Source: Eledone cirrhosa
Lineage: Eukaryota
DNA: 64,000 nt
Reading direction: 5' to 3'
Assembly (NCBI GenBank): GCA_964016885.1
Contig: OZ024743.1
Location: 251,844,001-251,908,000, forward strand
Shown: positions 1 to 12,902 of the stretch, one piece after another
How positions within the stretch are numbered: position 1 is the stretch's first letter
Layout of the letters: each line of letters starts with the position of its first letter
Position numbers and translations under genes: made by a program
The notes under the pieces: generated by a model
Told to the model about the DNA's origin: nothing
Database searches by the model: none
The model's input: the letters and a program-made list of their open reading frames with translations, nothing else

Positions 1-1074
1 CTAAGAACATAGATTTTATATGTGGCCGGTGCTCTGGTGCAATAAGTAGCAGCAAGTGCCCAGAGAATACTAGCTCATTCCATTGCACAGATGGTTCTAT
101 AGAAATAGTGGACACCTTCCGTTAATTGGGTGACAAAATCAGCAGTGGGGGAGGGTGCTCTGAAAGTACAGTAGCTAGAGTCAGAACTGGATGGAAAAAG
201 TTCAGAGAGCTTATACCACTATTAGCTGCTAAAGGGTTCTTTCTAAAAATGAAAGGCAGGCTGTATGATGCCTGCATACGAACAGCAATGTTACATGGCG
301 GTGAGACCTGGGCATTGTGTGCAGAGGATATATGCAGACTGGAGAAGAACGAAGCTTGCATGCTCCGCTGGATGTGTAATAGTAATATACGTGAACGGCA
401 AAGCATAAACGAACTAAGGGAAAAATTAGAAATAAGAGGGATCAGATGTTGTTTACTCGAGAGAAGGCTACGTTGGTATGGTCACGTGATGCACATGAAA
501 GACGACTGCTGTATAAAAAATTGCAGGGCAATAAAAATAGACGATAGCCACAGAGTAGGCAGACCCAGAAAAACCTTGGACAACTTGATAAATTCCGACC
601 TCACACACTTACACCTCTCCAAGACAATGTCACTGGACTGAGATATTTGGCGCTACACAGTAATACAGAAGACCCGCCTTATCTAAGTACAAAGTGAAAC
701 CTACTACAGTCAGTAGGCACCTCTAACAAAATACACCCCCGTCCCACTACCCCCACCCCATCCACACCACCGCTTTCAATGTAAAGTTACGTTGGTACCA
801 CAACATCCAGTCCGAAACAAATGAGGTCGTGTAGGTGTCACGACAAAAAAACACACAGTCCACGCTGAAATAGGCCGTGTAGGTAACATGGTAAAAACCT
901 CCCAGTCCACACTGTAAACGTGGTTGGTGTTAGGAAGGGCATCCATCCGTAGAAAACCCACGAGACAGTCCTATGCGAGCGAGACAACCACTCTTGCCTC
1001 AATTGGGAAAACTCCTGTCCAAACCCATGCAAGCGTGGAAGATGGACATTAAACAATGATGATGATGATGATGA

Positions 1075-1077
<3 letters not shown>
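1..1077 (+). mobile_element. RTE-clade LINE (family A), 3' part, runs off the window start
   Basis: ORF 126..641 (YLGDKISSGGG..RVRTGWKKFREL..LYDACIRTAMLHG.ETW..RRLRWYGHV..GRPRKT) is an RTE ORF C-terminus. The 3' UTR ends GGACATTAAACAAT(GAT)n and is near-identical to 37545-38618. Confidence 0.93.
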
Positions 1078-1115
<38 letters not shown>

Positions 1116-1409
1116 GAGAGAGAGAAATTGAAGAGGAATTAATGCTGAATGAGTAAACCTAGAGCTGAGAAAAAATAGAAACTTTGATAGACACTAAAAT
1201 ACATACTTTACCAACATATAATCACAAACACACCATCGATACCACCAAGACACATACACACACACACATACGCACAGACAAAGAGATAATGTTGTAAAAC
1301 AGAAAAGAATCAAATTTTAAAAAAATGATAAGATCAAAAACAATATCAATTGCATACTTGTGTGTGTGTGTGCGTGTGTGTGCAAGTGTTTGTGTGCAAT
1401 ATGTATATG

Positions 1410-1442
<33 letters not shown>

Positions 1443-1859
1443 CTACACATACTTATATACATATGTATACATACATAGATACACTTACACACACACACAT
1501 ATATATATGTACACACATATACATTCTTTTATACATATATATATATAGAGAGAGAGAGATACATATTAATGTATACACATATATGCATATATGTAGTTAT
1601 ATAGATATATACGCATACATATGTTGTGTATGTATGTATGTGTGATGTAGTGTTAGGTGATAATGACATGTAATTCTCTGATAACTTGATATACTGAAAT
1701 AAGATGTTTAAGACTTATTCATGCAGAACTAAGCTATTCCCCCCCTTCCCCTTCTTGCTCAAGAACTATTTCACTTTCTGTGGTTTTTAATGTTTATTTT
1801 CTTATTCCTTAGCTATTTTCTCACTACTTCAAACATTCAGAGTCCATTGTACTCATTTC

Positions 1860-2500
1860 TATATACTTTAATTCTTTTACTGGTTCCTGAGGCCATGCTG
1901 GGGCACTGCCTTGAAGGGTTTTAATGGACCATATCAACTGTCACTTCAATATTATTTACATTTAAGGCGGTGGATTGGCAGAATCGGTAGAGGATCGGAT
2001 GCCATGCTTTAACGCATAGAGTTACGGCCCTTGCCATTCTGAGTTCAAATCCCGCCGAGGTTAACTTTACCTTTCATCCTTACGGGGTCGATAAAATAAA
2101 GTACCAGTAATGCACTGAGTAATTGCTGGCATTGTGCCAGAAGTAGAAACAATTATTTACATTTACTGGTTTCAGTCCTTGTCATATGGCCATGCTGGAG
2201 TACTGCTTTGAAGGGTCTTAATGCACCATATCAACTGGAGTTTTATATTATTTTCTTTTAATCATTTCCATCATTGTCCCGTGGCCATACTGGAGCACAG
2301 CATTCACCGGTTTTAATGGACCATATCAACTGGCACTTCTATATTCTTTAATTCTCTTATTGATTTTAGTCATTGTCCTATGGCCATACTGGGGCACTAG
2401 CTTGAACATTTTTAATGGACCTTACCAACTGGCACATGTATATTCTTTCACTGGTTTCAGTCATTGCCCTGTGACTTTAATGGACCATAGCCAGCACTTA
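1860..2500 (-). repeat. Tandem array of about 85-bp degenerate units resembling a SINE 3' tail
   Basis: Recurring GGCCATGCTGG(G/A)GCACTGCCTTGAAGGGTTTTAATGGACCATATCAACTGG, 5-6 copies, interrupted by a SINE at 1966. Confidence 0.75.
1966..2156 (+). mobile_element. tRNA-derived SINE (family S1)
   Basis: A-box-like TGGCAGAATCGG, B-box GAGTTCAAATCC, core CTTTCATCCTTACGGGGTCGATAAAATAAAGTACCAG, tail AGAAACAATTATT. More than 10 copies occur in the window. Confidence 0.88.
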
Positions 2501-4054
2501 TTTTCATTGGTCTTATTTATTGAAACCATGAAATTACAGAATTTTAGACAACCAGCACTGGTTGCTATGCTGTACAAATGTAAAGAGACATTTGTGCCAG
2601 ACATGCATACCTAAACACACCTGCATACACACATACACCCTACCACCACACACACACCGAGGGAGTGTGTGTGTGTGTAGGGTGTGTATGTTCTCACATT
2701 CAGCAAGTTCTCATAAAAACATTTTCAAGCCTCTTCTGAGTGTCAGTGAGGCTAAATTGATCAGTGTCATTCCATACCCACTCTCACCAACAAGATTTTC
2801 ATTTACATTAATACATTGCTTTGCAATCTGGAACATGTCAAACCTCTGATCCTCACATCATAAGACATAAGCAAACCTCCTGCTTTCAGTTTCTCTACGT
2901 GCTATCTAAATCTACCATCTAGATTCTCTTCTAGTTATTTGATGCAGTTCTTTGCTACCTCATTTCCTTCAGGATTTCCATGCCTGTCTTTTAATCTTTA
3001 TGACTCTGCAGCAGTGTAGCTTACAATTGGTTGTTTCATATACTAGCTGAATACTTGGCAGAGGCTTGTCTTCTTGAATTATAAACATTTTCCTTATGCC
3101 TGCAAAAGAACAGTTGGTAGTGGCCCTTGTTCATACATGTAGCAAAATTACCTCTTTCTGGAGGGTCAGTTTATATAAAACTATATGCTTTGGGTTAAAA
3201 ACTAATGGTAGTGGTGGTGGTAGTAGTAGGAGCTTCATCAGTAGGGAGATGAGAAAAAAGATGAAATAGTACTGAATAGAACAATAAACAGAACAACAAC
3301 AATAGCCACAATACTACCCCAACCACAAATAACAAGAATCATTATTCTGCCTGGTGATCATGCTAAACAAAGTGTGTAGGAGGCAGTTGAACGGGTTCAG
3401 AGCAGCTATTTTCCTCTTCGTTGAGGCCCTTATTTACTTTTCCAAGTTTCACTTGAAGAGGAAAATCAGGGTGAGGAGGGAAATGTTGCCTTCCAGTCAG
3501 TTTGTTGAAATGGATGATGGTTGCAAGCATAGTTCCAGTGAATGAGCTTGCTCTGAGTATACACTTGTAGTTTGGAGGACAGCTAGGAGTTGAGGTACTT
3601 ATACTAGTGCCAGATTGTCCGTGGCCTTTTGTGAGCTATCTCCATGAGTGATCCTTGGAAGTCTTTTCACTATTGGGGAATTTTTTTTGTTTGAATTTTT
3701 ACATATTTGTTGCTTTCTCGTATCACACTTTTTACATGCACAAATCCCACTGACATCAGCTTAGCTTTTCATATTTCTTGGATTGATAAAACAAAGTAGC
3801 AGTAATGCACTGAGGTCAATTTAATCATTTTTCCTCTCTCAAATTGATGGCCTTCTGCTTAAATCAGAAACCATTATTATTGTTAGCATCATAACTGCCT
3901 TTTGTCAATCTATTTTCTGATTTCCTATTCAAATTACTCTCTCACTCTCGTTCTTTCACATTTCTGTCTGTCTGCTTGTCCAGAGATCTTTTAAGTTCAA
4001 TTTATTAACAACAGTTCCTGTATTATCACGTGTTATTGATTGGTTTTGTTTCCA

Positions 4055-4058
<4 letters not shown>

Positions 4059-4136
<78 letters not shown>

Positions 4137-4298
4137 TATATATATATGTATGTATATATATATATGTATATATATGTATATATATATATGTATATGTATA
4201 TATATGTATATATATATATATATATATGTATATGTATATATATGTATATGTATATATGTATATATATATATAAATATATATATGTGTATATACATATA

Positions 4299-4351
<53 letters not shown>

Positions 4352-4410
4352 GTATACATATATATATACATATATATATGTATATATATATATGCATATA
4401 TATATGTATA

Positions 4411-4444
<34 letters not shown>

Positions 4445-4445
4445 C

Positions 4446-4485
<40 letters not shown>

Positions 4486-4551
4486 GTACGTATATATGTA
4501 TATATGTATATATACATATATGTATATATACAGAGAGAGAGAGAGAGAGAG
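4059..4551. repeat. Compound (CT)n/(TA)n/(GA)n microsatellite
   Basis: About 490 bp of dinucleotide repeat; source of the YIYI ORFs. Confidence 0.97.
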
Positions 4552-4913
4552 ATGTTTCTCCAGTTTTCTCTATTTCCTTGTTTGGTAAAATATCTCACTC
4601 TTAATTTTGTTGTTGTTAGTCTTGTGGCTGTTGTTATTGTTGATGTCATTTTTATGGTTGTTGATGTTGCAATAGTAGTTGTTGTTATTTGGTTTAAACT
4701 GAAATTTTCCTTTCAATAATTTACATCAAATGGCTCTGATCAATGAATACAAGGTAGTATGTCATACATACAGATCATATTAAAGACATGACTATGGCGT
4801 TGATGGAGGACAACCATGGACAACAGTGGTGGCAATAGTGATGAGAATTAAGGTCATGTTAATGGTGGTGGTGCTGATGATATTGACAGGTGTTGTGGAG
4901 GTCATGAGGATAA

Positions 4914-5105
4914 TAATTGTTTCTATTTTTGGTACAAGACTAGCAATTACCCCAGTGCATTACTTGTGCTTTATGTTATTGACCCCGTAAGGATGAAAGG
5001 CAAAGTTAATCTTGGTGGGATTTGAACTCAGAACATAAAGGGCCATAATTCTATGCTACAACGCATGGTGTCTGATGTTCTATTGATACAGCCAATCCAC
5101 TACCT
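4914..5105 (-). mobile_element. SINE S1 copy
   Basis: Reverse complement of 1966-2156 (GACCCCGTAAGGATGAAAGGCAAAGTTAA..GGATTTGAACTC). Confidence 0.82.
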
Positions 5106-5531
5106 TCCTGGGGATAATAATAATAATGATGATGATGATGGTGTTGGTTATGGAGATCATGAAGATAGTAACAATGATGATGATGGTGTTGGTGGTGATG
5201 ATGATGATAGTGGTGGTGGGATTGATAGTGGTGAGTGTTATTTAGGTCATCATGATAGTAACTGTGTCTCTACAAAGATGGTATTGATAGTCCATGAAAT
5301 ATGTTTGAAATTTCAACTACTTTGTCAAAAAACATAATATACTGTATATGCTTTATTGGGTGTTTATACTTCTCCAAGTATAAACATTTCTCCCTGCTAT
5401 CTGTGTAACAGTTTCAAGTATTTTGTTAAAAAACCTTATATGCACACTCTAATGGGTATAAATTCTTCTCTCAGTATAAACACTTCTCTTGATCATAATG
5501 TATAACAATTTCAAGTAGTTTGTTAAAAACA

Positions 5532-5688
5532 TACCATATATACTCGAAAATAAGTTGAGTGCTTATATACGTCATCTAAACAATGTATTGATTTATAAAC
5601 GGGGTTTGGATTTTAACCTATTTCTCAAACATAAAATGGCTGGACGGAATTATATTTGGATCAGACTATATTCGAGTATATACGGTAT
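5532..5688. mobile_element. TA-flanked MITE (Tc1/pogo-like ends)
   Basis: Imperfect TIRs TACCATATATACTCGAAAATAAG and CTATATTCGAGTATATACGGTA. Confidence 0.65.
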
Positions 5689-5987
5689 AATCTTTCTATT
5701 GCGTATCCATTCTCCATAACAAACATTTATAAACATATAAACATTTCTCTTTGTTATCATCACAGTAAAACAATTTCAAGTACCTTGATGAAAATCATAA
5801 TATATACATTCTATTGGGTACCCTGTCCTCTTTTAATATAAACATTTGTCTCTGTTATCTGTATAACAATTCCAACTTTGTTGAAAAACAATATACACCC
5901 ACTATTGGGTGTATATTCTTCTTTAAGTTTAAACATTTCTACCTTTCAATTGTTATCACCACTATAACAATTTCATAGCATATAATA

Positions 5988-6187
5988 TACAAGGGTCAAC
6001 TGAAAAGTTCATAGGCTGACCAAGATACTCTCATGGAAAGACCAGATAAGGTTTATTTTTCAACATAGTCCTAGAAAGAAACAAGTTATTAATAAGAAGA
6101 GTTGAAATTAATGCATGCAAGATTTCACAGCACTCAGCATCACACTTTCATAGTCAGTTTATGAACCTTTCAGCTGACCCTCGGATA
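5988..6187 (+). mobile_element. Mariner-like MITE, about 200 bp; other copies at 6988-7188 (-) and about 48165-48355 (+)
   Basis: TIRs AGGGTCAACTGAAAAGTTCATA and TATGAACCTTTCAGCTGACCCT. The internal sequence is shared by three copies. Confidence 0.78.
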
Positions 6188-7831
6188 CACACTCTATTCG
6201 GTATCCAGTCTTCTCTAAGGATAAAAGTTTCTTGCTTTTCCAATTGTAATTCTGTCTGTATAACAATCATGGAGGGGGAAGTAGTTGTAGCAAGGAAGTG
6301 GGAGATGGACAGGCATAACAAAATGAATTTAAATAAAAAAGTTTTTGGTAGTAAAAACGTTAGGAATCACAGGGCTATAATTTAACTATGAATGATCGCG
6401 GCTGGAATGTATTTGGTCATTGATTTTACCTGTGATTGAAGAACCGAAACTACTAATACTACAACTACTACTACTGTTGTTGTTGCTACAGCTACTACTA
6501 CTGCCACTACAACCACCACCTCTACCACCACCCTCCATCACTACTACCACCACAACAACAACTATTACTACTACTACACCAACTACACCAACTACTACTA
6601 CTACTACTACTACTATGCTATAAAGATAAATCATTGCCAAAGAAACTATGTCAATCCAGAAAGAGAGAGGGGGGGGGAATAAAAAAACAATTTATGCCTG
6701 TTATTTTTCTTTGACTTTCGACCCTATATGGTAACAAACTAATTAGACTGGAACATAACAGAAAATATGCTTAATTAAATCAGTAATTTGCATATGTGCC
6801 TGGCAAGTTACCTAATAAATCTTAGACAAAATTACTAGCAACATCATAATTATTTGTTTGGTAGAGCATCAGACAAAACTATTTGTGGTATTTGTTGTGG
6901 CTCTTTACATTCTGAGTTCAAATACTGCCAAGGTCAAATTTAGTATTCATTTTTAAGAGGTCGATAAAATAAAGCACCATTTACATATGAGGGGTTGGCT
7001 GAAAAGTCAATATGCAGATATGAAGGAGTGATGCTAGAGCTGTGAAATCTTCCATGCATTAATATCAACTCTTCTTATTAATAAATACATTATTTCTTTC
7101 CAGGGACTTTGTTAAAAAATATACCTATTTTAGTAATTCCATGAGAGTATCTTGGTCAGCCTATTAACCTTTCAGCTGACCCTCTTACTGGTGTGGAATT
7201 GTTGGCCTTGTGCCTAAATTAGAAATCATTGTTATAAGAGAGAGCAGATAAAATTAATTGAAGTATATTTTCTGGACTTTTACCTTCTGAGTTCAACTCT
7301 CAGCAATGTTAACTTTGCCTTCCATGGCACTAGAGGCGTCTACTACTATAGGCTGCTGATTAAATTTACTCAAGTTCGTTATTAAGGGGTTTAGTAAGTT
7401 AGATTTATTTATTGCAGATTTTACTTATTTACAATTTATAGTTTAATTAATTTAACAACTAATAGAATGAGCTCTATAGATAATGAACACAACCACAAGG
7501 AAATGGTCCGAATGTGGAAGAGCTGAACTCCCACCGTCATCGCTTCCATCTCTCTGTATGGTGTGCAAATGGGGTCCCATGTGCTGGCCTCCCCACAGCC
7601 CTGGCGGACAGAATGGAGAAGGCGTTTCCCCGGAGGATGGTAAGGGAAATGCGCTGGAAGGGTCATTCCAACTTGCGAGGCTCACACTTATATATAAAAG
7701 AACTGTGAGACTGGTAAAGTAAACATAAATTTTCTTAAAAAGACTCCAGTTGCATTTTTCATTTCTTTTTCTTATACTTTCACTCATGTACGACATCTCG
7801 TTTTTTACGTTAAAAAAAACTCATTTTCTTA

Positions 7832-7872
<41 letters not shown>

Positions 7873-8510
7873 CTAACCCATCCTAGCATGGACATTGGAC
7901 ATTAAACGATGATGATGATGATGTTGATGATATATGTTAATTTGTTACCTATCAGTATCACTTGGACTAATCCCCATCTGTTTATATTAATTTGTATACC
8001 ACCTTTCCTCTTGACCTCATGCTATTTAACTTTTTCCTGTATAATCAACCATAAATATGCTCTACCTCATTAGACACAGGCTGACTTCAATTGCTTACAG
8101 TTTACACTGCTCTCATATATATGAATTAATAAATTTTATTTTTGCTGTTCATCTTGTTTGTAATTGGGTGTTAGACGTTTAGTATTATACAAGTCAATAC
8201 ATACATTATCAGTTATAATCACAATGAAATTGCTTTCTTTTCTACCATTACTAAACAAACAAGACACTGGTAGCATTTACAAACAACCTCCCCCCTCAAA
8301 ACAATAAAAATCGAATGAAAACTATCAAGGTTTTACAGACAGTAAACAAAAAAATAATGAGGAAAAATTCTATTTCTCAGCAGAATATATTTATTTCCCA
8401 ACAAACAAATAATGATTTTCTCACAGAACATAAACTAATTTTGAACAATTTAAACAATGATAATGATTTCTTATTTAGGCACAAGGCCTGCAATTTGAGG
8501 GTAAAGTCAA

Positions 8511-8718
8511 TTAACCCTTTAGCCTTTACATTACTCTATATTTACTATTACATTTTCATGGTAAAGTCTTTACCTCACATAATATCGAATTTATGAGATT
8601 TTGATATTATTTATTGTGAGAACAATACCTTAACATCAGTATGAGTGGCTGGTTACAGCTGTTTTGAACAGAAAGTGGTGAGAATTCTGGCCGGATACAG
8701 CTGGTTGCTAAAGTGTTA
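8511..8718 (+). mobile_element. TTAA-flanked piggyBac-like MITE (M1); second copy at about 8935-9160
   Basis: TTAACCCTTTAGC..GCTAAAG(G/T)GTTAA ends. Five copies in the window share the interior GAGAACAATACCTTAACATCAGTATG. Confidence 0.8.
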
Positions 8719-9160
8719 AATCAACCCAATACTTGACAAGTACTTTATTTTTTCAACCTAGATATGGTGAGAAGCAAAATTGGACTCAATGTAATTTGAA
8801 CTTAAAATGTCAAAAAGAAGACTAAACACTACTAAGCTATTGTCTGATGTTCTAATGACTCTGCTAATCCACTGCCTTAATTTTAACAATAATAATAGCA
8901 TTGGTTTCTAATTCTGCTATGAGAACTATGTTTTACTCCTTAGCATTTACATTACTCTATATTTACTTTTATATTTTCATGGTAAAGGCTTTATCTTACA
9001 TAATTATATCACATAATATTGAATCCTCTAGATTTTGATATTATTTATTTTGAGAACAATACCTTAACATAAGTATGAACAGCCAGTTATGGCCAGTTTG
9101 AACAGAAAGAGGTGAGACAATTCTGGTCAAATATGGCTTGCTTAAATTCTAAAAGGTTAA

Positions 9161-9930
9161 ACTCCTTTGTTATGGCCTGGAGGACTATAATAAACAGGAC
9201 AGAGCTGAGGCCTGAGCCTTGGTGTATCCCCACTTGCATGCTAAATTCATCATTAAATTCTTTGTTAATTCTAACTTTGCAGACTCCACCTTTGAACATA
9301 ACCTGTACAGTGCTCATGAGCTACACATCTACTCCTATTTTATGAAGAGTCCACAAGATTACTTGTCAAATGCTTTCTCCAGGTCATTCAATGCTAGTCA
9401 GAGTGGCTTGCTCTTAGCTGAGTACCTCTTCTGCAACTGTCTCACAAGGGAGATGGCATAGGTAGTACTTCTTCCAGGAACATAGCCAAACTATATCTCA
9501 TCCATGTTCATTCTAATTCTAATCAGTTGTGCTATACCTCTTTCAGTGACATTCATAACCTGCTCCACAAGCTTAATGCCTCTATAGTTTCCTCTGTCTT
9601 GTGCATCTTAGTTCTTGTAGCAGTTGATAAATGATGCAACTATGCCAGTCATTGGATGTGTCCTGTAACACCTGATTTAATATCGATGTGACAAGCTTGC
9701 AGTCTACCATCTCTAAAGCATTCAGCATCTCAGCAATCATCTCTTGTGGTTCAGCTGCCTTGCCCATCTTTATATACTTGATTGTCTTACCTACAATACT
9801 GCTGCTAACCAGCACGACCGATCCATCTGTTGAATTTACTTAGGATAGCCTGTCCTCCTCCCATGTATTATTTTCAGTCAACAGTCTCCCATAAAGGCAC
9901 ATCCAAGCATCATTCTTGTTATAGTCTGAG

Positions 9931-9933
<3 letters not shown>
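9161..9933 (-). pseudogene. Decayed RTE reverse transcriptase fragment
   Basis: Minus-strand peptides KMGKAA, NYRGIKL, KVRINKEFNDEFSMQVGIHQGSGLS..LFIIVLQAIT, with stops and frameshifts. Confidence 0.85.
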
Positions 9934-9991
<58 letters not shown>

Positions 9992-10134
9992 GTATGTGTG
10001 TGTGTGCATATATATATATACACACATATATGTATTCATCATCATCATCATCATCATCATCATTTTACGTCTGTTTTTCCCTGTTTGCAAGGAAAGTATA
10101 AATGTAATATTTATATATATATATATATATATAT

Positions 10135-10460
10135 AGTAATAATAATAAATTTGAAGACTAAAATCCAAAGAGGGCTCGATAAGGATAAATATATATCAAA
10201 TATAAAAGAATCGTAGAGCAAATATTTATTAAAATAACAGATTAAAGTTTAAGCAAAGAATCGTTGTTTTCACACTTAACGGGATCTTCTGAAACTAAAA
10301 AAATCAATCTGTGAATGCAGAAGTAAATATTTCAAAAAACGTTTTTTGAAATATTTACTTCTGCGTTCACAGATTGATTTTTTTACTTTCAGAAGATTCC
10401 GTTAAGTGTGAAAGCAGCGATTCTTTGCTTAAACTTTAATCTGTTATTTTAATAAATATA
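10135..10460. repeat. Loop-less palindrome, arms about 120 bp, with an unpaired left extension, in (TA)n
   Basis: 10221-10340 is the reverse complement of 10341-10460; centre CAAAAAAC|GTTTTTTG; about 5 mismatches. Confidence 0.95.
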
Positions 10461-10874
10461 TATATATATATATATATTTATATTTATTTGTATTTGACAA
10501 GCTTCTGCACAGTTTGCATCCACACAATTCCACTCACTAGTCATTGGTCAATCCGAAGCTATAGTAGAAGCCCCAAAGCATATGGTTTCAAAGTGAAATC
10601 TTTAATACATTGCCATGTTTGCACCTATATAGATTGTAGTCAGAAATATAGCCATGACCTAATTGATAAGATGTTAACTGTTGTTGTTAAAGTGCCACTG
10701 GGCCTCAAATAGGACCCTATGATCTTAAGATGTCTGTCATGGAGTCATGCAAAGCCAGCTTCTGCTCTATCAAGTGAAATGGCTTTGAAACTTATGTTGT
10801 TAGTTCTCTCTCTCTCTCTTCTCACTCTCTCACACACACCTGTATGTATGGTCCAACAATATGAGTTTATATGA

Positions 10875-10912
<38 letters not shown>

Positions 10913-11419
10913 GTGTGGGTGTGTGTGTGTGTGTGTGTGTATATATAAACACACACAGGCATGCACACTCACAAACACATGCACTCACGCACACACAGAT
11001 ACATACATATATATTGGAATGTTGCACTATAGGGAATATAAAAAAATAATATACATTATATATAAATGTATATAAATATAGATAAGTACAGATAAATGCA
11101 TAAATAAAGTGTGAAAAAAATTACAATAACTGACTTTGACAGATTGCAATGTATTGGATCGGAGAGAAATAAAGGATCGCAACCATTTCTTTGTTGCAGA
11201 GGTCAGAGAGATCGGAATCAATAGAAGTTAAAGATCAAGTTTATCTGAGGCAAGGATTTTCAAAAGAAACCATTGTTCCCATTAAGTTGTTTAGTCTAGA
11301 GTGTTAAAACTGTAAAACTGTAAAACAATAACATGATTGATTGAAAATGTGGAGTTATTGAGAGTTGTTGATTCAACCTTGCTTGGCCTTGCTTAAAACC
11401 TTATACCAGAAGCTTCCAT

Positions 11420-11870
11420 GGTAGCAGCACCAGCAGCAGTAGTATTACTTCCCCCTCCATCACCACCACCACCAACAACAACAACAAACAACAGCATAAA
11501 TACCATAACAAACTACAACCACCAACAGCAACAATAACAACATGAACACCACTACCAAACTAACACTACCACCACCAACAACATAACTGCTGCAAATACC
11601 ACTACCACCATTATTGCCACATCCATTACCATCAACATTATAACTAAAACCACCACTAATACTACCATAAAAATCATGACCATCAACACTGCCACTAACA
11701 CCACCAGTACCTCCACCTTGACAACCACTACAATCAATACCACAACTACTGCAACTAATTCCACCACCACCAGAACCACCCCAATCAATAACACCATCAG
11801 CAACATTGCCAATAGCACCACCAACACCACCATTGCAACTAATACTTCCACCCCAACCACTACTACGATG
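11420..11870. repeat. (ACC/AAC/ACT) low-complexity tract
   Basis: Degenerate trinucleotide repeats giving poly-T and poly-V ORFs. Confidence 0.85.
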
Positions 11871-12080
11871 TAAGTCTGAGTATTTCAGAAGGAGACATAA
11901 TATGACCCCAGTCAGATATATTTCAAGACATTGTCTTAAGGTTTCTGTAGTTTACAGGATTTTAACAATACAGTTAGAAATAACGTAAATAGACAGATGA
12001 TGATGATGATGATGATAATAATAATAATAATTATTTCTAAAATTGGCAAGAATAAAAATGGGGATCCTAAAAACAACACT

Positions 12081-12136
<56 letters not shown>

Positions 12137-12273
12137 TACAAAAAAAGTAAAACCTAAAAGATGAAAGATACACTTCCTAACATTTTAATAAAATATCATA
12201 CCCACATATATACACACACACATGCGCACCCCTAAATACATGCATATATATGTGTCAGTGGGTATACACACAC

Positions 12274-12332
<59 letters not shown>

Positions 12333-12335
<3 letters not shown>

Positions 12336-12600
12336 CAATTTTGAATTTCTTTTGCAAGATACTTGATGTGAACTTGTCTGTTAAAACAGTTATTTGTAAG
12401 GGTCATATTGTAAATAAAGACACAAGCACCAATTTATTTTCAATTTATCATTAGTTGGATAGCTAATCTACTCATCAGTAAGTTTAGTCACCATGTGGCT
12501 GTTTAATAGTTAATTGTCAAAGCTTTTTAGTCACACATGCTGTGACCTTCTCAGTGACTGATCTTCGTGTCTTCTTGAGGTGTGTATGTGGTTCATGCAC
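12333..12600 (-). mobile_element. Solo PLE-like 3' terminus with a decayed hammerhead, related to 14211-15297
   Basis: Aligns by eye to 15020-15297. Minus strand 12516-12558 reads GTCA CTGAGAA GGTCACAGCATGTGTGAC TAAA AAGC TT TGAC. Confidence 0.7.
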
Positions 12601-12866
12601 ACACACACATATATCTATCTAACTATCTATAGATAGATAGATAGATAAAGAAATATATCTATAGATAGATAGATAGATAGATATGTGTGTAAAAAAACCT
12701 GTCAGAGATACTTCTGAGCGAGCAGGACACGGTCTCCCGACCATTCCCGCATCAAATGGAACAAAACCGTCCAACCCATGCTAGCGTGGAAGATAGATGT
12801 TAAATGATGATGGTGATGATACATACACATTTATATATATATATATGAATGTATATATATGTGTAT

Positions 12867-12902
<36 letters not shown>

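Larger units (their letters stand above)
5345..6270. repeat. Degenerate minisatellite, unit about 90-110 bp, interrupted by two MITEs
   Basis: Recurring CTATTGGGT..TTCTCT..TATAAACATTTCTC..TATAACAATTTCAAGTA, about 6 units. Confidence 0.7.

Noticed and set aside
1966-2060. tRNA gene calls at SINE heads
   Set aside because: A and B boxes are present, but there is no clean cloverleaf and each continues into a SINE body.
3354-3660. Possible host exon in higher-complexity sequence
   Set aside because: No recognisable product or convincing splice pair; the minus-strand frames examined contain stops. More likely an old LINE remnant.
3956-4719. Long YIYI/CVCV ORFs, also at 1.3, 13.2, 33.4, 34.2 and 53.2 kb
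   Set aside because: Translations of dinucleotide microsatellites.
11552-11873. Mucin-like or transmembrane-like ORFs, also at 6386-6640 and 46630-47165
   Set aside because: Degenerate trinucleotide tracts open in several frames.
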